Translations under genes and position numbers: made by a program
Part shown: in pieces, positions 10,151 through 20,315 of the stretch
Layout: each line of letters starts with the position of its first letter
Position numbering within the stretch: position 1 is the first letter of the stretch
Source of the DNA: an uncultured Gammaproteobacteria bacterium
GTDB taxonomy: Bacteria; Pseudomonadota; Gammaproteobacteria; UBA9214
Reading direction: 5' to 3'
Assembly: GCA_963827755.1 (NCBI GenBank)
Contig: CAWHCQ010000014.1
Coordinates: 54,383-118,382 of the forward strand
Length of the DNA stretch: 64,000 bases
Notes under the pieces: model-generated
What the model saw: only the letters and a program-made list of their open reading frames with translations
Told to the model about the DNA's origin: nothing
The model's database searches: none

Positions 10151-10560
10151 AGGGTACAACGATGACTGCCCACATTTCCGGTGAATCAATGCTGGCAATC
10201 AGACGATAACCTGCCTTACGGTGCGCCTGGGTGTAAAAATGGGGCGCGGTAAAGAGAATATCATAACGGGTTTCTTCATGGGTTCGTCGTGCGAATTCAA
10301 CAAAATCGGGGGCGGTTTCAATCCTGACCGGGACCTGCAATTTTCCAGAGAGATAGTCTGCAAGTGGAGAAAACTGGTAGACCAGTTGTTCGATACTGAT
10401 AAAAGGAAGTATGCCGAACACGAGGGGGCCTGCATCCTGGCAGTTTGTTTTGTAGTACGGCGCAGCGTTTATGAAAGAGCAGTACAGAAGAAGAAAACAG
10501 GAGGCAATGGCAGACGGACTAAAACATCTGAAAAACAGGATTCTGGATAGCGTTTGCATA
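10150..10560 (-). pseudogene. N-terminal half of a PhnD-type (phosphate/phosphite/phosphonate) substrate-binding protein, fused in frame to the kinase
   Basis: LVFGILPFIS...FSPLADYLS..LQVPVRIETAPDF..F...YDILFTAPHF...AVIVVP, then an abrupt switch to kinase TM1; second lobe absent. Confidence 0.65.
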
Positions 10561-10663
10561 CGCACTGACTTCAGGCGCATGGCATATGCTGGCCCGGGCA
10601 TGGTTACCGAACGCTGAGAATGACCCAACCTGGCGTTCAAGCCAGGTTGGTCTGCCTGGAAGA

Positions 10664-10867
10664 TCAATCCTTGAGGACGAACGAGACCTTCATATTGACC
10701 CGGTATTCCGTGATCTTGCCGTCATTTATGACAACTTTCTGTTCCTGTATCCACGCGCCATGGATGTTATCGAGTGTCTTGGCAGCACGCTTGATACCGG
10801 TCTGAATGGCATCTTCGAAGCTCTTCTTTGAGGATGATGTGATTTCTGTAACTTTTGCAATTGACAT
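10664..10867 (-). CDS. Dodecin-family flavin-binding protein
   Basis: MSIAKVTEITSSSKKSFEDAIQTGIKRAAKTL...EYRVNMKVSFVL. Confidence 0.9.
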   Translation of the reverse strand: MSIAKVTEITSSSKKSFEDAIQTGIKRAAKTLDNIHGAWIQEQKVVINDGKITEYRVNMKVSFVLKD

Positions 10868-10923
10868 GCCTGTTCTCCTGTTTTTAATGATGGTTTTTTC
10901 GGTAGTGATATTCAATTCAACGA

Positions 10924-11478
10924 CTAAAGGCAGACCAGTCTCAGGAACTCTGACCGGGTACTGGAATGATCCCGGAACGACCCGAGCATCATGGATGTTG
11001 TCATTACGGAGTTCTGTTTCTCGACTCCGCGCATCTTCATGCAGAGATGTTCCGCCTCGATAATGACGCCTACACCGGCGGGTTTGATTGCCTCCATCAG
11101 TGTATCTGCAATCTGCTTGGTCAGATTCTCCTGTATTTGCAGGCGGCGTGCGAACATGTCAACAATTCGCGCGATCTTTGACAGGCCTATGACCTTGCCG
11201 GTCGGGATATAGGCAACATGACACTTGCCTATGAAAGGCAACAGATGATGTTCGCAAAGGGAATACAGTTCGATGTCTTTTACCAGGATCATCTCGTCGT
11301 TATCAGACTCGAAAATGGCATTGTTGACGACCTCGTCAATTGTCTGCTGATATCCGCGTGTAAGGTACTCAAGCGCCCTGGCGGCCCGCTCGGGTGTTTT
11401 GAGCAGTCCCTCACGTGCCGGATCCTCTCCAATATCCCTGAGAATATTTTTATACAGTGCTGTCAAGTCAGAACTCAT
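10924..11478 (-). CDS. folE: GTP cyclohydrolase I
   Basis: [44 protein letters not shown]. Confidence 0.97.
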   Translation of the reverse strand: MSSDLTALYKNILRDIGEDPAREGLLKTPERAARALEYLTRGYQQTIDEVVNNAIFESDNDEMILVKDIELYSLCEHHLLPFIGKCHVAYIPTGKVIGLSKIARIVDMFARRLQIQENLTKQIADTLMEAIKPAGVGVIIEAEHLCMKMRGVEKQNSVMTTSMMLGSFRDHSSTRSEFLRLVCL

Positions 11479-11960
11479 TTACCACCACCTGCTTGCCTTT
11501 GTGTTACGAGTCTAATCACGCGGACCCGTGTTCATACCATTATGGCCCTGCATTCATCGTCTGCCGCAGCTGTTCCTTGTGCATTTTTACGGATGACATT
11601 TTTGTATCATGAAGCCCTGAACGATGTTAATCAATCCCGGCCGGTATCGCAGTGAGCTTATTCTGCCTGGCAGCAGGTCTGTTTCTGCCATCCGCTGTTT
11701 CAGCAGTGCCTGCAAATATACTGTCATGAGCAACTGGTTCTTCAGAAGTTGTCACTATCACTGAGGAGACCCGGCCCCGGCTATTAACCACAATAAATTA
11801 ATGGTATTTAGAGTGATATCCGGCACACCACAATATTCATATGCTAGAATCACGCTCCCGTACATACGGGAAGAATTATAATGTCGACAGTAAAAATATT
11901 TCGCATCAGAAACAACGAATTAACTATGGATTCAATAATCATCAACGGGAGTATTCATCT

Positions 11961-13080
11961 ATGAAGCATGTGCACTTTAATTACCTGGTACCAGCATTGT
12001 TGGTAACTGCGGTTCTGAGCAGCGGCTGCAGTTCCATGGCCAGCCAGCCTGTCACTACAGCTGAAGCAACCGACGAGCAGGGCGACTTCATTCGCCAGAA
12101 AGACCAGCAGATTTCAAACCTGCAATCCAGGGTTAACCAGTTAAGTACAGCGCTGTCCATGGAGCAGCAGAAGTCCATGGCGGCGGCTGCAGCTGCCGGT
12201 GTCCCCAACACCGAACTGTTGCCACCTAACGCCAAGTCCGGCGAATGTTATGCGCGTGTATTCATTCCGCCGACATTCCGCACTGATACCGAGCGTGTGC
12301 TGCTGCGTGAGGCAACATCCAGAGTCACCACGACGGCACCGAAGTTCGCCTGGGATACAGAGCGTATCCTGGTCAAGGAGGCATCCTCGCGGCTTGAGGT
12401 GATTCCTGCCACCTACACCTGGGTAGAGGAACGTGTGCTGGTAACGCCGGAATCGACTCGCCTGAAGACAGTTCCTGCTGTGTACAAAACGGTCACAGAG
12501 AAGATACTGGACAAGCCGGCACACACCGTCTGGAAAAAAGGCACTGGCCCGATTACCCGGATTGACGAGGCTACCGGTGAAATCATGTGCCTGGTTGATG
12601 TACCTGCCAGCTACAGGACCATTAGCAAGCGTGTCCAGGTCAGTGGACCTTCCACTCGGGAAGTGACCATCCCGGCTGAATACAAGACTGTCAAGAAAAG
12701 GGTCTTGAAAACACCACCGTCGACGCGTTCTATCGAGATTCCGGCTGAATACAGGACCGTCAAGGTGAAGAAGCTGGTTGAGCCTGCCAAATCCAGCACC
12801 ATTCAGATTCCCGCGGAATATACGACGGTAACCAAGCGTAACATGGTCACCGAGGGTCACATTGAATGGCGCCCGATCCTGTGCAAGACCAATACGACCC
12901 GCGGTGTCGTTCAGCGTCTTCAGACAGCTTTGAAGGCTGCCGGTCATAACCCGGGCCCGATTGACGGCATTATTGGCCGGCAAACGATGGCTGCCGTGAG
13001 GTCCTACCAGACAATCAAAGGGAATGGCCACGGGTGGCTTGACCATTAACACGCTCAAGTCACTGAACGTTATGTACTGA
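11961..13080 (+). CDS. Lipoprotein with IPAEYKTV-type repeats and a C-terminal peptidoglycan-binding domain (frameshift near 13010)
   Basis: Lipobox LSSGC; coiled coil; LPPNAKSGECYARV; repeated (E)IPA(E)Y(K/R)TV; LQTALKAAGHNPGPIDGIIG..T; continuation KGMATGGLTINTLKSL in another frame. Confidence 0.8.
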
Positions 13081-13095
13081 GTCTTCTGTAGACTG

Positions 13096-13129
13096 AAAAG
13101 GCCGCGGCCTGGACCGCGGCCTTTTTTTT
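13096..13129 (+). terminator. Rho-independent (probably bidirectional) terminator
   Basis: AAAAGGCCGCGG-cctgga-CCGCGGCCTTTTTTTT between convergent genes. Confidence 0.85.
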
Positions 13130-13247
13130 GTTTCAGTTCCGGGTGATCGGGGTGTTTGTATACGCCGGCTGTCCCGGCTGGTATCTCCCGCGAACGGTCA
13201 TGCCGGATACCACGCAAGTGGATGGCAGGGCCATATTGGGCAATTCC

Positions 13248-14249
13248 CTAGCAGATCCTCGGCAGCGGGTCGTCCTCGAGTTCCTCGAGGATACGCTCTC
13301 CGCCGAGTTCCGTTTTCAGAATCACGTGGCTGTCATTTTTGTCAATGCTGCCAACGATGGCGGCTTCACGGCCATTCGGCAGGCTCTGCCAGCGCTTTAA
13401 AACGGCTGCTGCATCATTGGCATCGACAACCGCGACAACACGTCCCTCGCACGCCAGGTACATCGGGTCGTAACCGAGAATCTCGCACACGGACTGCACG
13501 GTGTCGCGGACCGGGATATCAACCTGCTCGAGTATCACGCCCATGCCGGTTGCACGATACAGTTCATGACAGACGGTGGCCAGTCCGCCACGTGTCGGGT
13601 CACGCATGAAATGCAGACCGGCCACTTCGAGTGCGGCCTGCGTCAACGGCAACACGCTGGCGGCATCGGAGCGTACATCACCATGCAGCCCGAATTCCTC
13701 GCGGGCGAGCAGTACAGAGATGCCGTGATCGCCAATCGGCCCGCTTACCAGTATTTTGTCACCGTCCTTTATCAGGTCGAGACCGAGCTTGTGAGGGCTG
13801 CGGATACCGATCCCGGTTGTTGCAAGGTAGAGTCCGCCACCTTCACCGCGACGCAGTACCTTGGTATCGCCCGCAACCACTTCAACCCCGATTTCCCTTG
13901 CCGTGTCAGCCAGTGACTTGATAATGCGCTCCAGGGTGGCGATCTCCATGCCTTCCTCGATAAAGGCATTGAGGCTGAGGTAGCGTGGCACCGCACCGGC
14001 AACCGCCAGATCGTTGGTGGTGCCATGCACCGCGAGTGAACCGATATTGCCACCCGGGAACTCGAGAGGCTGGACGGTAAAACCATCGGTTGTGAACATC
14101 AGGTCGTTGCCATTCAATGCCAGCGGAACTGCATCGGCCTGCACGTCCAGGCCGGGGTTGGACAAGTGCTGCGCAAAAATCTCTTCGATCAGTTCACGCA
14201 TGAAGCGGCCGCCGTTCCCGTGTGCCAGGGCAATATGGGTGTCTTCCAT
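13248..14249 (-). CDS. hypE: Hydrogenase maturation protein HypE
   Basis: LAHGNGG, FTTDGF, GDTKV, RDPTRGG, C-terminal LPRIC. Confidence 0.96.
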   Translation of the reverse strand: MEDTHIALAHGNGGRFMRELIEEIFAQHLSNPGLDVQADAVPLALNGNDLMFTTDGFTVQPLEFPGGNIGSLAVHGTTNDLAVAGAVPRYLSLNAFIEEGMEIATLERIIKSLADTAREIGVEVVAGDTKVLRRGEGGGLYLATTGIGIRSPHKLGLDLIKDGDKILVSGPIGDHGISVLLAREEFGLHGDVRSDAASVLPLTQAALEVAGLHFMRDPTRGGLATVCHELYRATGMGVILEQVDIPVRDTVQSVCEILGYDPMYLACEGRVVAVVDANDAAAVLKRWQSLPNGREAAIVGSIDKNDSHVILKTELGGERILEELEDDPLPRIC

Positions 14250-16552
14250 TATGATTTGTTCATTGCGTATTCAATCACCTGGCCAAAACTGATGCCTGCG
14301 TCATTGACCGGGATAGTCTCCGGCATGCGTACCGCGAAGCCGTCATTCTCAAGCAAGCTGATCACCTGCTCGGTGAGGATTCGATTCTGGAATACGCCAC
14401 CGGACAGGCCAATCAAACGTGTACCGTGGTCACTGCGCGCCCGGCGTGCCTGTTGCAGGATGCAATCGGCCATGCTCGCATGAAAACAGGCGGAGCGATC
14501 AGCAATGGTGCGCGACGCGTCAAGCAGGACATCAAGCAAGGGCTCCCAGTCAGTGAGCCAGAGGCCGCTGGCATCCTGTTCCAGCGGCAGGCGAACATGA
14601 TCGTCATGTCCGTTACACGCCGCTTCCAGCAGCATGGGGCCCTGTCCTTCGAAGCTTGCCACCGAACACAGCCCGGTCAGTGCAGCCGCTGCATCGAACA
14701 GTCTTCCCGCAGCACTGCTGCGCGGTGTATTCAGTCGCCGTTGCCAGGCATGGTGGAGCAGACGGGTATTTTCGAGTGAGTGCTGATAAGCGCGGTCAGT
14801 CTCCCAGCACAGGGCCGCTGCACTGCGCCAGGGCTCGCGTCCGGCACGTTCACCGCCGGGCAGGTGAAATGGCCTGAATGATGCAAAGCGCTGCCAGTTA
14901 CCGGGACTGCCCAGCAGGGCTTCGCCACCCCAGAGTGTCCCATCCTCTCCGTAACCAACTCCGTCCCAGGTGAACACCAGCCAGTTAGCTGCCTCCATCT
15001 CCGCACTGCAGGCAACCGCGGCATGAGCGTGGTGGTGGAATACCCTGTGTACCGGCAAGCCGCAGCGTTCTGCCCAGTGTGTCGAGGCATAACCGGGGTG
15101 TGCATCACAGACAACCACCTCCGCGCTCACGTTGTAGAGTGACTGCAGATCCCCGATGGTCTGCCTGAATACCTCCAGGCTGCGCGCGTTGCCCATGTCA
15201 CCGATGTGCGGTGATACCACGATGCGTTTTTCCCAGGCGAGGGCGATGGTGTTCTTCATGTGGCCACCGACGGCCAGCACCGGCCTCACCAGCGTAAAGG
15301 GCAATTCATGCTCCAGCGGCGCGCAGCCACGTCCGAGACGGAGCGGGCGAAGCCTGTCACGGATAACCCGGAATACCGGGTCATCGGCAGGCCGTTCAAT
15401 GGGGCGGTTGTGATGCAGGAAGGCATCGGCGACGCGGGAAAGCCGGTTTTCGACATCGTTGTCAGCGGTCAATACCGGTTCCCCGCTGATATTTGCCGAG
15501 CTTGCGACCAGCGGGGCGGCAAACTCGTTTAACAAGAGGTGATGCAGCGGGCTATAGGGCAGCATCACGCCGATCTCGTCAAGACCGGGCGCGATGAGTG
15601 CGGACAGGCATTCCGATGTTCTGCTGCGCGCCAGTACAATCGGCCGACCCGGCGAGAGCAGCATATCTGCCTGGTCGCGTGACAGGTAGACACTGCGATT
15701 GACGCCTTTCAGTGGCAGGCCGGCTGGTGCGGGAAACATGACCGCCAGGGGTTTGTGCGGCCGCGGTTTTCTGCTGCGCAGGCGTGCGATGGCCTCATCT
15801 CTGCCCGCATCGCACATCAGGTGATAACCGCCAATCCCTTTGACGGCAACAATCCCGCCGGCACGTAATATTTCAACGCAGGCTGTGATTGCATCGTCAT
15901 TGCCCCGAACGGGGGGCTTGCCGGGATAATGAAATTCAAGTTCCGGCCCGCACACCGGGCACGCCACGGGCTCGGCATGGAAGCGCCGGTCCCCGGGATT
16001 CTCGTACTCGCTGCGGCATGCTTCGCAGAGTTCGAAGCCGGCCATGGTCGTCGCTGCCCGGTCATAGGGCAGGCTCCGGATCAGGGTGTAGCGCGGACCG
16101 CACTGGGTGCAGTTGATAAATGGATAACGGTAACGCCGGTCGGCCGGGTCATTCAGTTCTGCAAGACAGTCGTCGCAGGTAAACAGGTCGGGCGGCACAT
16201 GGATCCGGCTTTCGCCGGTGTCAATGCTTTCCCGGATTGAGAAATCAACCAGTTCCTCGGGTTCAACGGCTACGCAGGATTCCAGCCTGGCTGCGGACAG
16301 TGGTGGCGCCTGCTGGAACAGCCTGCGGGTGAAGGCCTGCAGGTCAGGGTGTTCGCCCTGGATATGGATTTCCACCTGTCCCATGCTGTTGCGCACCCAG
16401 CCTGTCAGATCCAGACTGCGGGCAAGGCGGTAGACGAACGGTCGAAAACCAACGCCCTGAACACGGCCGCTGACGACCTGGTAAAGCGCCGCGGGCAGGG
16501 CTTCTTCAGCGGCTGCGGCGGTCTGTCTGGGTTCGAATGCGTGGGTGGCCAT
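14249..16552 (-). CDS. hypF: Carbamoyltransferase HypF
   Basis: GRVQGVGFRPF, zinc-finger CxxC pairs, KGIGGYHL, HHHAH, WDGVGYG, NDAGISFGQ. Confidence 0.97.
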   Translation of the reverse strand: MATHAFEPRQTAAAAEEALPAALYQVVSGRVQGVGFRPFVYRLARSLDLTGWVRNSMGQVEIHIQGEHPDLQAFTRRLFQQAPPLSAARLESCVAVEPEELVDFSIRESIDTGESRIHVPPDLFTCDDCLAELNDPADRRYRYPFINCTQCGPRYTLIRSLPYDRAATTMAGFELCEACRSEYENPGDRRFHAEPVACPVCGPELEFHYPGKPPVRGNDDAITACVEILRAGGIVAVKGIGGYHLMCDAGRDEAIARLRSRKPRPHKPLAVMFPAPAGLPLKGVNRSVYLSRDQADMLLSPGRPIVLARSRTSECLSALIAPGLDEIGVMLPYSPLHHLLLNEFAAPLVASSANISGEPVLTADNDVENRLSRVADAFLHHNRPIERPADDPVFRVIRDRLRPLRLGRGCAPLEHELPFTLVRPVLAVGGHMKNTIALAWEKRIVVSPHIGDMGNARSLEVFRQTIGDLQSLYNVSAEVVVCDAHPGYASTHWAERCGLPVHRVFHHHAHAAVACSAEMEAANWLVFTWDGVGYGEDGTLWGGEALLGSPGNWQRFASFRPFHLPGGERAGREPWRSAAALCWETDRAYQHSLENTRLLHHAWQRRLNTPRSSAAGRLFDAAAALTGLCSVASFEGQGPMLLEAACNGHDDHVRLPLEQDASGLWLTDWEPLLDVLLDASRTIADRSACFHASMADCILQQARRARSDHGTRLIGLSGGVFQNRILTEQVISLLENDGFAVRMPETIPVNDAGISFGQVIEYAMNKS

Positions 16553-16576
16553 GAATGCAGGATTGTTTCCGGCGCA

Positions 16577-17710
16577 TCACGCTAAAGCAGTGTCAGTCGC
16601 ATCGGCCGTCCTGGCGACAGGTTCGCGCATGCCGGCTGACCACCAGATGCGGCATGCACCTTCGTCCGAGACCATGCAGGGACCAATCGGGTGACGCGGT
16701 GTGCAGGCAACGCCAAACAGGCGGCATTCATTCGGGTAAATCTTGCCGAGGACGACCTTTGCGCAGTCGCAGCCGGGCGGCATTTCGCCGGCACGCTTGC
16801 GTGCGTCATCGGCATACGAGGGGAATTCACGGCGTGCATCGTGCGCCTGGTAAGCCGCGTTGATGCTGAACCCGGAATCGGGGATTATCCCGACACCACG
16901 CCAGTTGGCGTCGGTTACGTCCATGGCCTGGCGCAGCTGCTTTTGCGCCGTGCGGTTCCCGCCGGGCCTGACCAGCTCCGGGTAGCAGTTGTCGAGAAAA
17001 CACCGGCCTTCCAGCAGCTGACGCAGCGTGGAGTACATGGCGGCGAGCAGGCTCTCCGTTGTAAAGCCGGCCACGGCGGCCGGGATGCCGTGCTTGCTGA
17101 CGACAAACTCCCATTCTTCGGGCCCCATGATGGTAGAGACGTGCCCCGGTGCCACCAGCGCATCAAAGCCGGGGGAATCGGATTGCAGCAGCATGGCGAT
17201 AGCGGGCCAGGTTAGTCGACCGGACAGCAGGATAAACAGGTTGTCCGGTACGCCTTCAACCAGCAGCGACGCGGTCGGTGCGGTCGTGGTCTCGAAACCG
17301 GCGGCAAAAAAGACGACCGGCCTGGCAGGGTTTTCACGGGCGATACGGGCCGCTTCCATTGGCGTCGCGATCGGCCGGATATCGGCGCCCTTTGCCCTGG
17401 CTTCCTCCAGGGAGCGCGCATCCCGCCTGGGAACGTTGACCGGCACACGCAGCATGTCGCCATATGCCACCAGGATGATGTTTTCATTCAGCGCAAGCTG
17501 GATGGCCTCGAAGATGTCCTCTTCCGGGCAGATGCAGACCGGGCAGCCCGGACCCGGGATCAACTCGATATTTTCCGGCAATGCGCTGCGCAGGCCGGCC
17601 ATGGTGATGGAACGTTCATGGCCGCCACAGACATTCATGATGCGCACCCGCGGGGGCAGGGGCAGGCCGCGGATCCGTTCAAGCCAGCGGGCGGCGGTGT
17701 CTGAATTCAC
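16577..17710 (-). CDS. hypD: Hydrogenase maturation protein HypD
   Basis: VCGGHE, GPGCPVC, GFETT, PGHVS, GPCMVSDEGAC. Confidence 0.96.
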   Translation of the reverse strand: MNSDTAARWLERIRGLPLPPRVRIMNVCGGHERSITMAGLRSALPENIELIPGPGCPVCICPEEDIFEAIQLALNENIILVAYGDMLRVPVNVPRRDARSLEEARAKGADIRPIATPMEAARIARENPARPVVFFAAGFETTTAPTASLLVEGVPDNLFILLSGRLTWPAIAMLLQSDSPGFDALVAPGHVSTIMGPEEWEFVVSKHGIPAAVAGFTTESLLAAMYSTLRQLLEGRCFLDNCYPELVRPGGNRTAQKQLRQAMDVTDANWRGVGIIPDSGFSINAAYQAHDARREFPSYADDARKRAGEMPPGCDCAKVVLGKIYPNECRLFGVACTPRHPIGPCMVSDEGACRIWWSAGMREPVARTADATDTALA

Positions 17711-18520
17711 GCTGATACGGTTCCCGCTGCCGGGCTATTCCCGTCACCGTCTGCCTGTATGTTACCGAGGCGGTGTTCAAGTGCGGCAATTTCGCCGAAT
17801 AGCCAGTGCAGCCACTGGTCCATGCCGGCGCCTGTCTTTGCAGACAGTTCGAACACGGGTGCCTCGCTGGCAAGGTCCTGCATATGTTGACGCGCCTTGG
17901 CGGGGCTAAAGTCATCCAGCACCGGCAACAGGTCGCTCTTGCTGAGCAGCACCAGGTCGGAGGCGCGGAACATCACCGGGTACTTGGCGGGCTTGTCGTC
18001 GCCTTCCGGAACCGACAGCAGCGTGACGTTGCGGTGCTGGCCCAGGTCAAAGCTGGCCGGGCAGACCAGGTTGCCGACGTTCTCGATAAAGACGATATCC
18101 AGACCCTGCAGGTCCAGGTGGTGCAGAGCATCATGCACCATGTGCGCATCGAGGTGGCAGGCACTGCCGGTCGTGATCTGGATGGCCTCAACACCATGCT
18201 TGCGAATCCTGGCGGCATCATTTTCGGTCTCGAGATCACCCTCGATGACGGCAATGGAGAGTTCATCTTTCAGGGCATCGATGGTGGATTCGAGCAGGGA
18301 GGTCTTGCCGGCACCGGGCGATGACATCAGGTTGATAGCCAGAACGCCGTGTTTTTCAAAGTGTTCCCGGTTATGCGCCGCGGCGTGATCGTTGGCATGC
18401 AGCAGGCTTGCGCAGTACCGAGACGGCCTCCCGGCCATCGTCCGTTCTCGACAGCTTGCCGCCCGGCTGTACCAGGTGGGCATTACCGTGGGTCACGTTA
18501 CATCCGCAGGTATCGCACAT
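17707..18520 (-). CDS. hypB: Ni-insertion GTPase HypB (frameshift near 18415)
   Basis: N-terminal MCDTCGC (ATG at 18520, other frame); SSPGAGKT, CHLDAHM, ENVGNLVCP. Confidence 0.92.
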
Positions 18521-18573
18521 CAGTTTCTCCCCCTGGACGAAATCATATTGTCAAAAGATGTGGGCATTCCGAT

Positions 18574-18969
18574 CTATCCTCCAAACTGCGGTATATTTTC
18601 AGGGCCATCCTCTATTTCCGCGTGCTTTCTGATCAATTCGACCTGTGAGAGCAGCAGTTCATCTCCGGAAACCACTTTCGTATGCCAGTCGCCGCAGTTC
18701 CCGCAGATCAGCCGCGCGGGCAGTGCATCCGTCAGCTGTCCGCATTGCCGGCAGCTGACACGAACCGGCAGGCTGTCTATAAGAAGTTCTGCATCACTTG
18801 CAATGCTGCCTGCACGCGCAATATAAAAGGCCTGTTCGAGCAGCTGTGGTTCGACACCGGATAACGGGCCGATACCCAGGTGAATGACCACCACCTGCGC
18901 GGCGTTTTCCTCCAGTGCAATCGCCTCTACCTGGTTGATCAGCGCCTGGCACAGTGACAGTTCATGCAT
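18574..18969 (-). CDS. hypA: Ni metallochaperone HypA
   Basis: MHELS, GPLSGVEP, CRQC...CGNC, SGDEL. Confidence 0.95.
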   Translation of the reverse strand: MHELSLCQALINQVEAIALEENAAQVVVIHLGIGPLSGVEPQLLEQAFYIARAGSIASDAELLIDSLPVRVSCRQCGQLTDALPARLICGNCGDWHTKVVSGDELLLSQVELIRKHAEIEDGPENIPQFGG

Positions 18970-19195
18970 TGTCTTCTGCCTCCAGCATCAGGTCAAACAT
19001 ATCCCAGGCGGTACGTGCCTCCTGGGGTGTGATCTTCTGGATGGCATAGCCGACGTGTACGACAACAAAATCATCAATTTGCAATTCATCGTCCTGCATC
19101 ATGAACAGGCTGACATCACGCTCCACGCCCTTTGCCTCGCAGTTCGCAGTATAGCCAGTGATGGATTTAATCTGCATTGGAATGCCAAGACACAT
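18962..19195 (-). CDS. hypC: HypC chaperone
   Basis: MCLGIP...VVVHVGYAI. Confidence 0.95.
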   Translation of the reverse strand: MCLGIPMQIKSITGYTANCEAKGVERDVSLFMMQDDELQIDDFVVVHVGYAIQKITPQEARTAWDMFDLMLEAEDNA

Positions 19196-19276
19196 CAGCA
19201 CTACCCCCGGTTAGATGCCGGCCGCAGCCGGCAGGCCCATGAACAGCCAATTAAACACGCTCAATTCGATAATGAT

Positions 19277-19290
19277 TTGATGTGGATCAA
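19277..19290. promoter_or_regulatory. FNR box between the divergent hyp and hyn operons
   Basis: TTGAT-GTGG-ATCAA, perfect consensus. Confidence 0.85.
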
Positions 19291-19346
19291 TAAACCCCGC
19301 CAATGGCTGTTGTCCAATCACGGTACATCACTGGAGGGATAAGGGA

Positions 19347-19874
19347 TTGTCAGGCGAAAATACACTGATTCTGGGAATCGGCAATTCACTGCTTGCAGAC
19401 GAGGGTGTCGGCATTCGAATGCTGGCCTACCTGGGCAGGCATTTCCCCGGGCTTTCCGATGTCACCTGTCTTGATGGCGGAACACTGAGTTTCACGCTGG
19501 CTCCCTGGATTGAGGAGGCGGACAACCTGATTGTGATCGATGCCGCGGAGCTCAAGGCTGCTCCCGGCACGGTCAAGGTCTTTGCAGGGGCCGAGATGGA
19601 CCGGTTTTCCTGCAAAACCAAGCGCAGCGTGCATGAAGTCAGCCTGGGAGACTTGCTGGCCATCGCCCATCTGACCGGCGCCTTGCCTGAAAACCGTATC
19701 CTGATCGCCATTCAGCCGCAGGAGATCGACTGGGGTACCAGCCTGAGTAACCCGGTCAAGCGCGCACTGCCGCTGGCAGCTGAGCTGATTATCAGGCAAC
19801 TGGATGAATGGCAGCCCGGCAACAGCCTTGCTGCGACCGGACTGCAGGCCAGACCGGCCATGGCGAGTATCTGA
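19347..19874 (+). CDS. hynD: Hydrogenase maturation endopeptidase (HyaD/HupD/HynD)
   Basis: ILGIGNSLLADEGVG, DGGT, IVIDA, SVHEV. Confidence 0.9.
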   Translation: MSGENTLILGIGNSLLADEGVGIRMLAYLGRHFPGLSDVTCLDGGTLSFTLAPWIEEADNLIVIDAAELKAAPGTVKVFAGAEMDRFSCKTKRSVHEVSLGDLLAIAHLTGALPENRILIAIQPQEIDWGTSLSNPVKRALPLAAELIIRQLDEWQPGNSLAATGLQARPAMASI

Positions 19875-19882
19875 GGGACCGC

Positions 19883-20284
19883 ATGGAAACGAGTGAACAT
19901 ACAGCAGCTTGCCCAGTCCCCGGTGATGTCAGTACCGGAAATGTGAAGCCCTTGCTGCATGAAGTCAGGCATGCCCTGCAGCGCTGGCTGGATGACGGCG
20001 AGGTGACTGTCATTGACCTGCGCAGCATTCCCATGGGCCCGGGTGAGGAAGACCGGATTGTCAGCGAACTGGGACGGGGCGAGGTGCAGGCGCGCATGTC
20101 GGCACTGGGGCCCAGCGAGATTTTCGAGGCACGCTTCCCCGGTGTCTGGCTGGTAACGCACTGGAACAATGATGAGGAAGTCATTGGCAAATTTATCGAA
20201 ATCTGTGACATGCCGCGCCTGTTGATGGCGCAGAAAGAGGATATCCGGGAAGGGCTTGAGCTTCTCGACACGCATCTCGCGTAA
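19883..20284 (+). CDS. hynH: Hydrogenase expression/formation protein, HupH/HynH C-terminal type
   Basis: VIDLRSIPM...LGRGEV...G.SEI.E..FPGVWLVTH.N; lies before hynS as in Chromatiaceae. Confidence 0.75.
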   Translation: METSEHTAACPVPGDVSTGNVKPLLHEVRHALQRWLDDGEVTVIDLRSIPMGPGEEDRIVSELGRGEVQARMSALGPSEIFEARFPGVWLVTHWNNDEEVIGKFIEICDMPRLLMAQKEDIREGLELLDTHLA

Positions 20285-20315
20285 TGTATGCAACGTCTGC
20301 TAGAGGAGACAAGCA

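Noticed and set aside
10150-10560. Phosphonate ABC transporter (phnCDE)
   Set aside because: No permease or ATPase genes nearby; the domain is truncated and linked to a kinase
18400-18430. Programmed frameshifting in hypB (and likewise ccoG, dsrJ, dsrM)
   Set aside because: No consistent slippery sequences or stimulators; not known for these genes; widespread indels point to sequencing error
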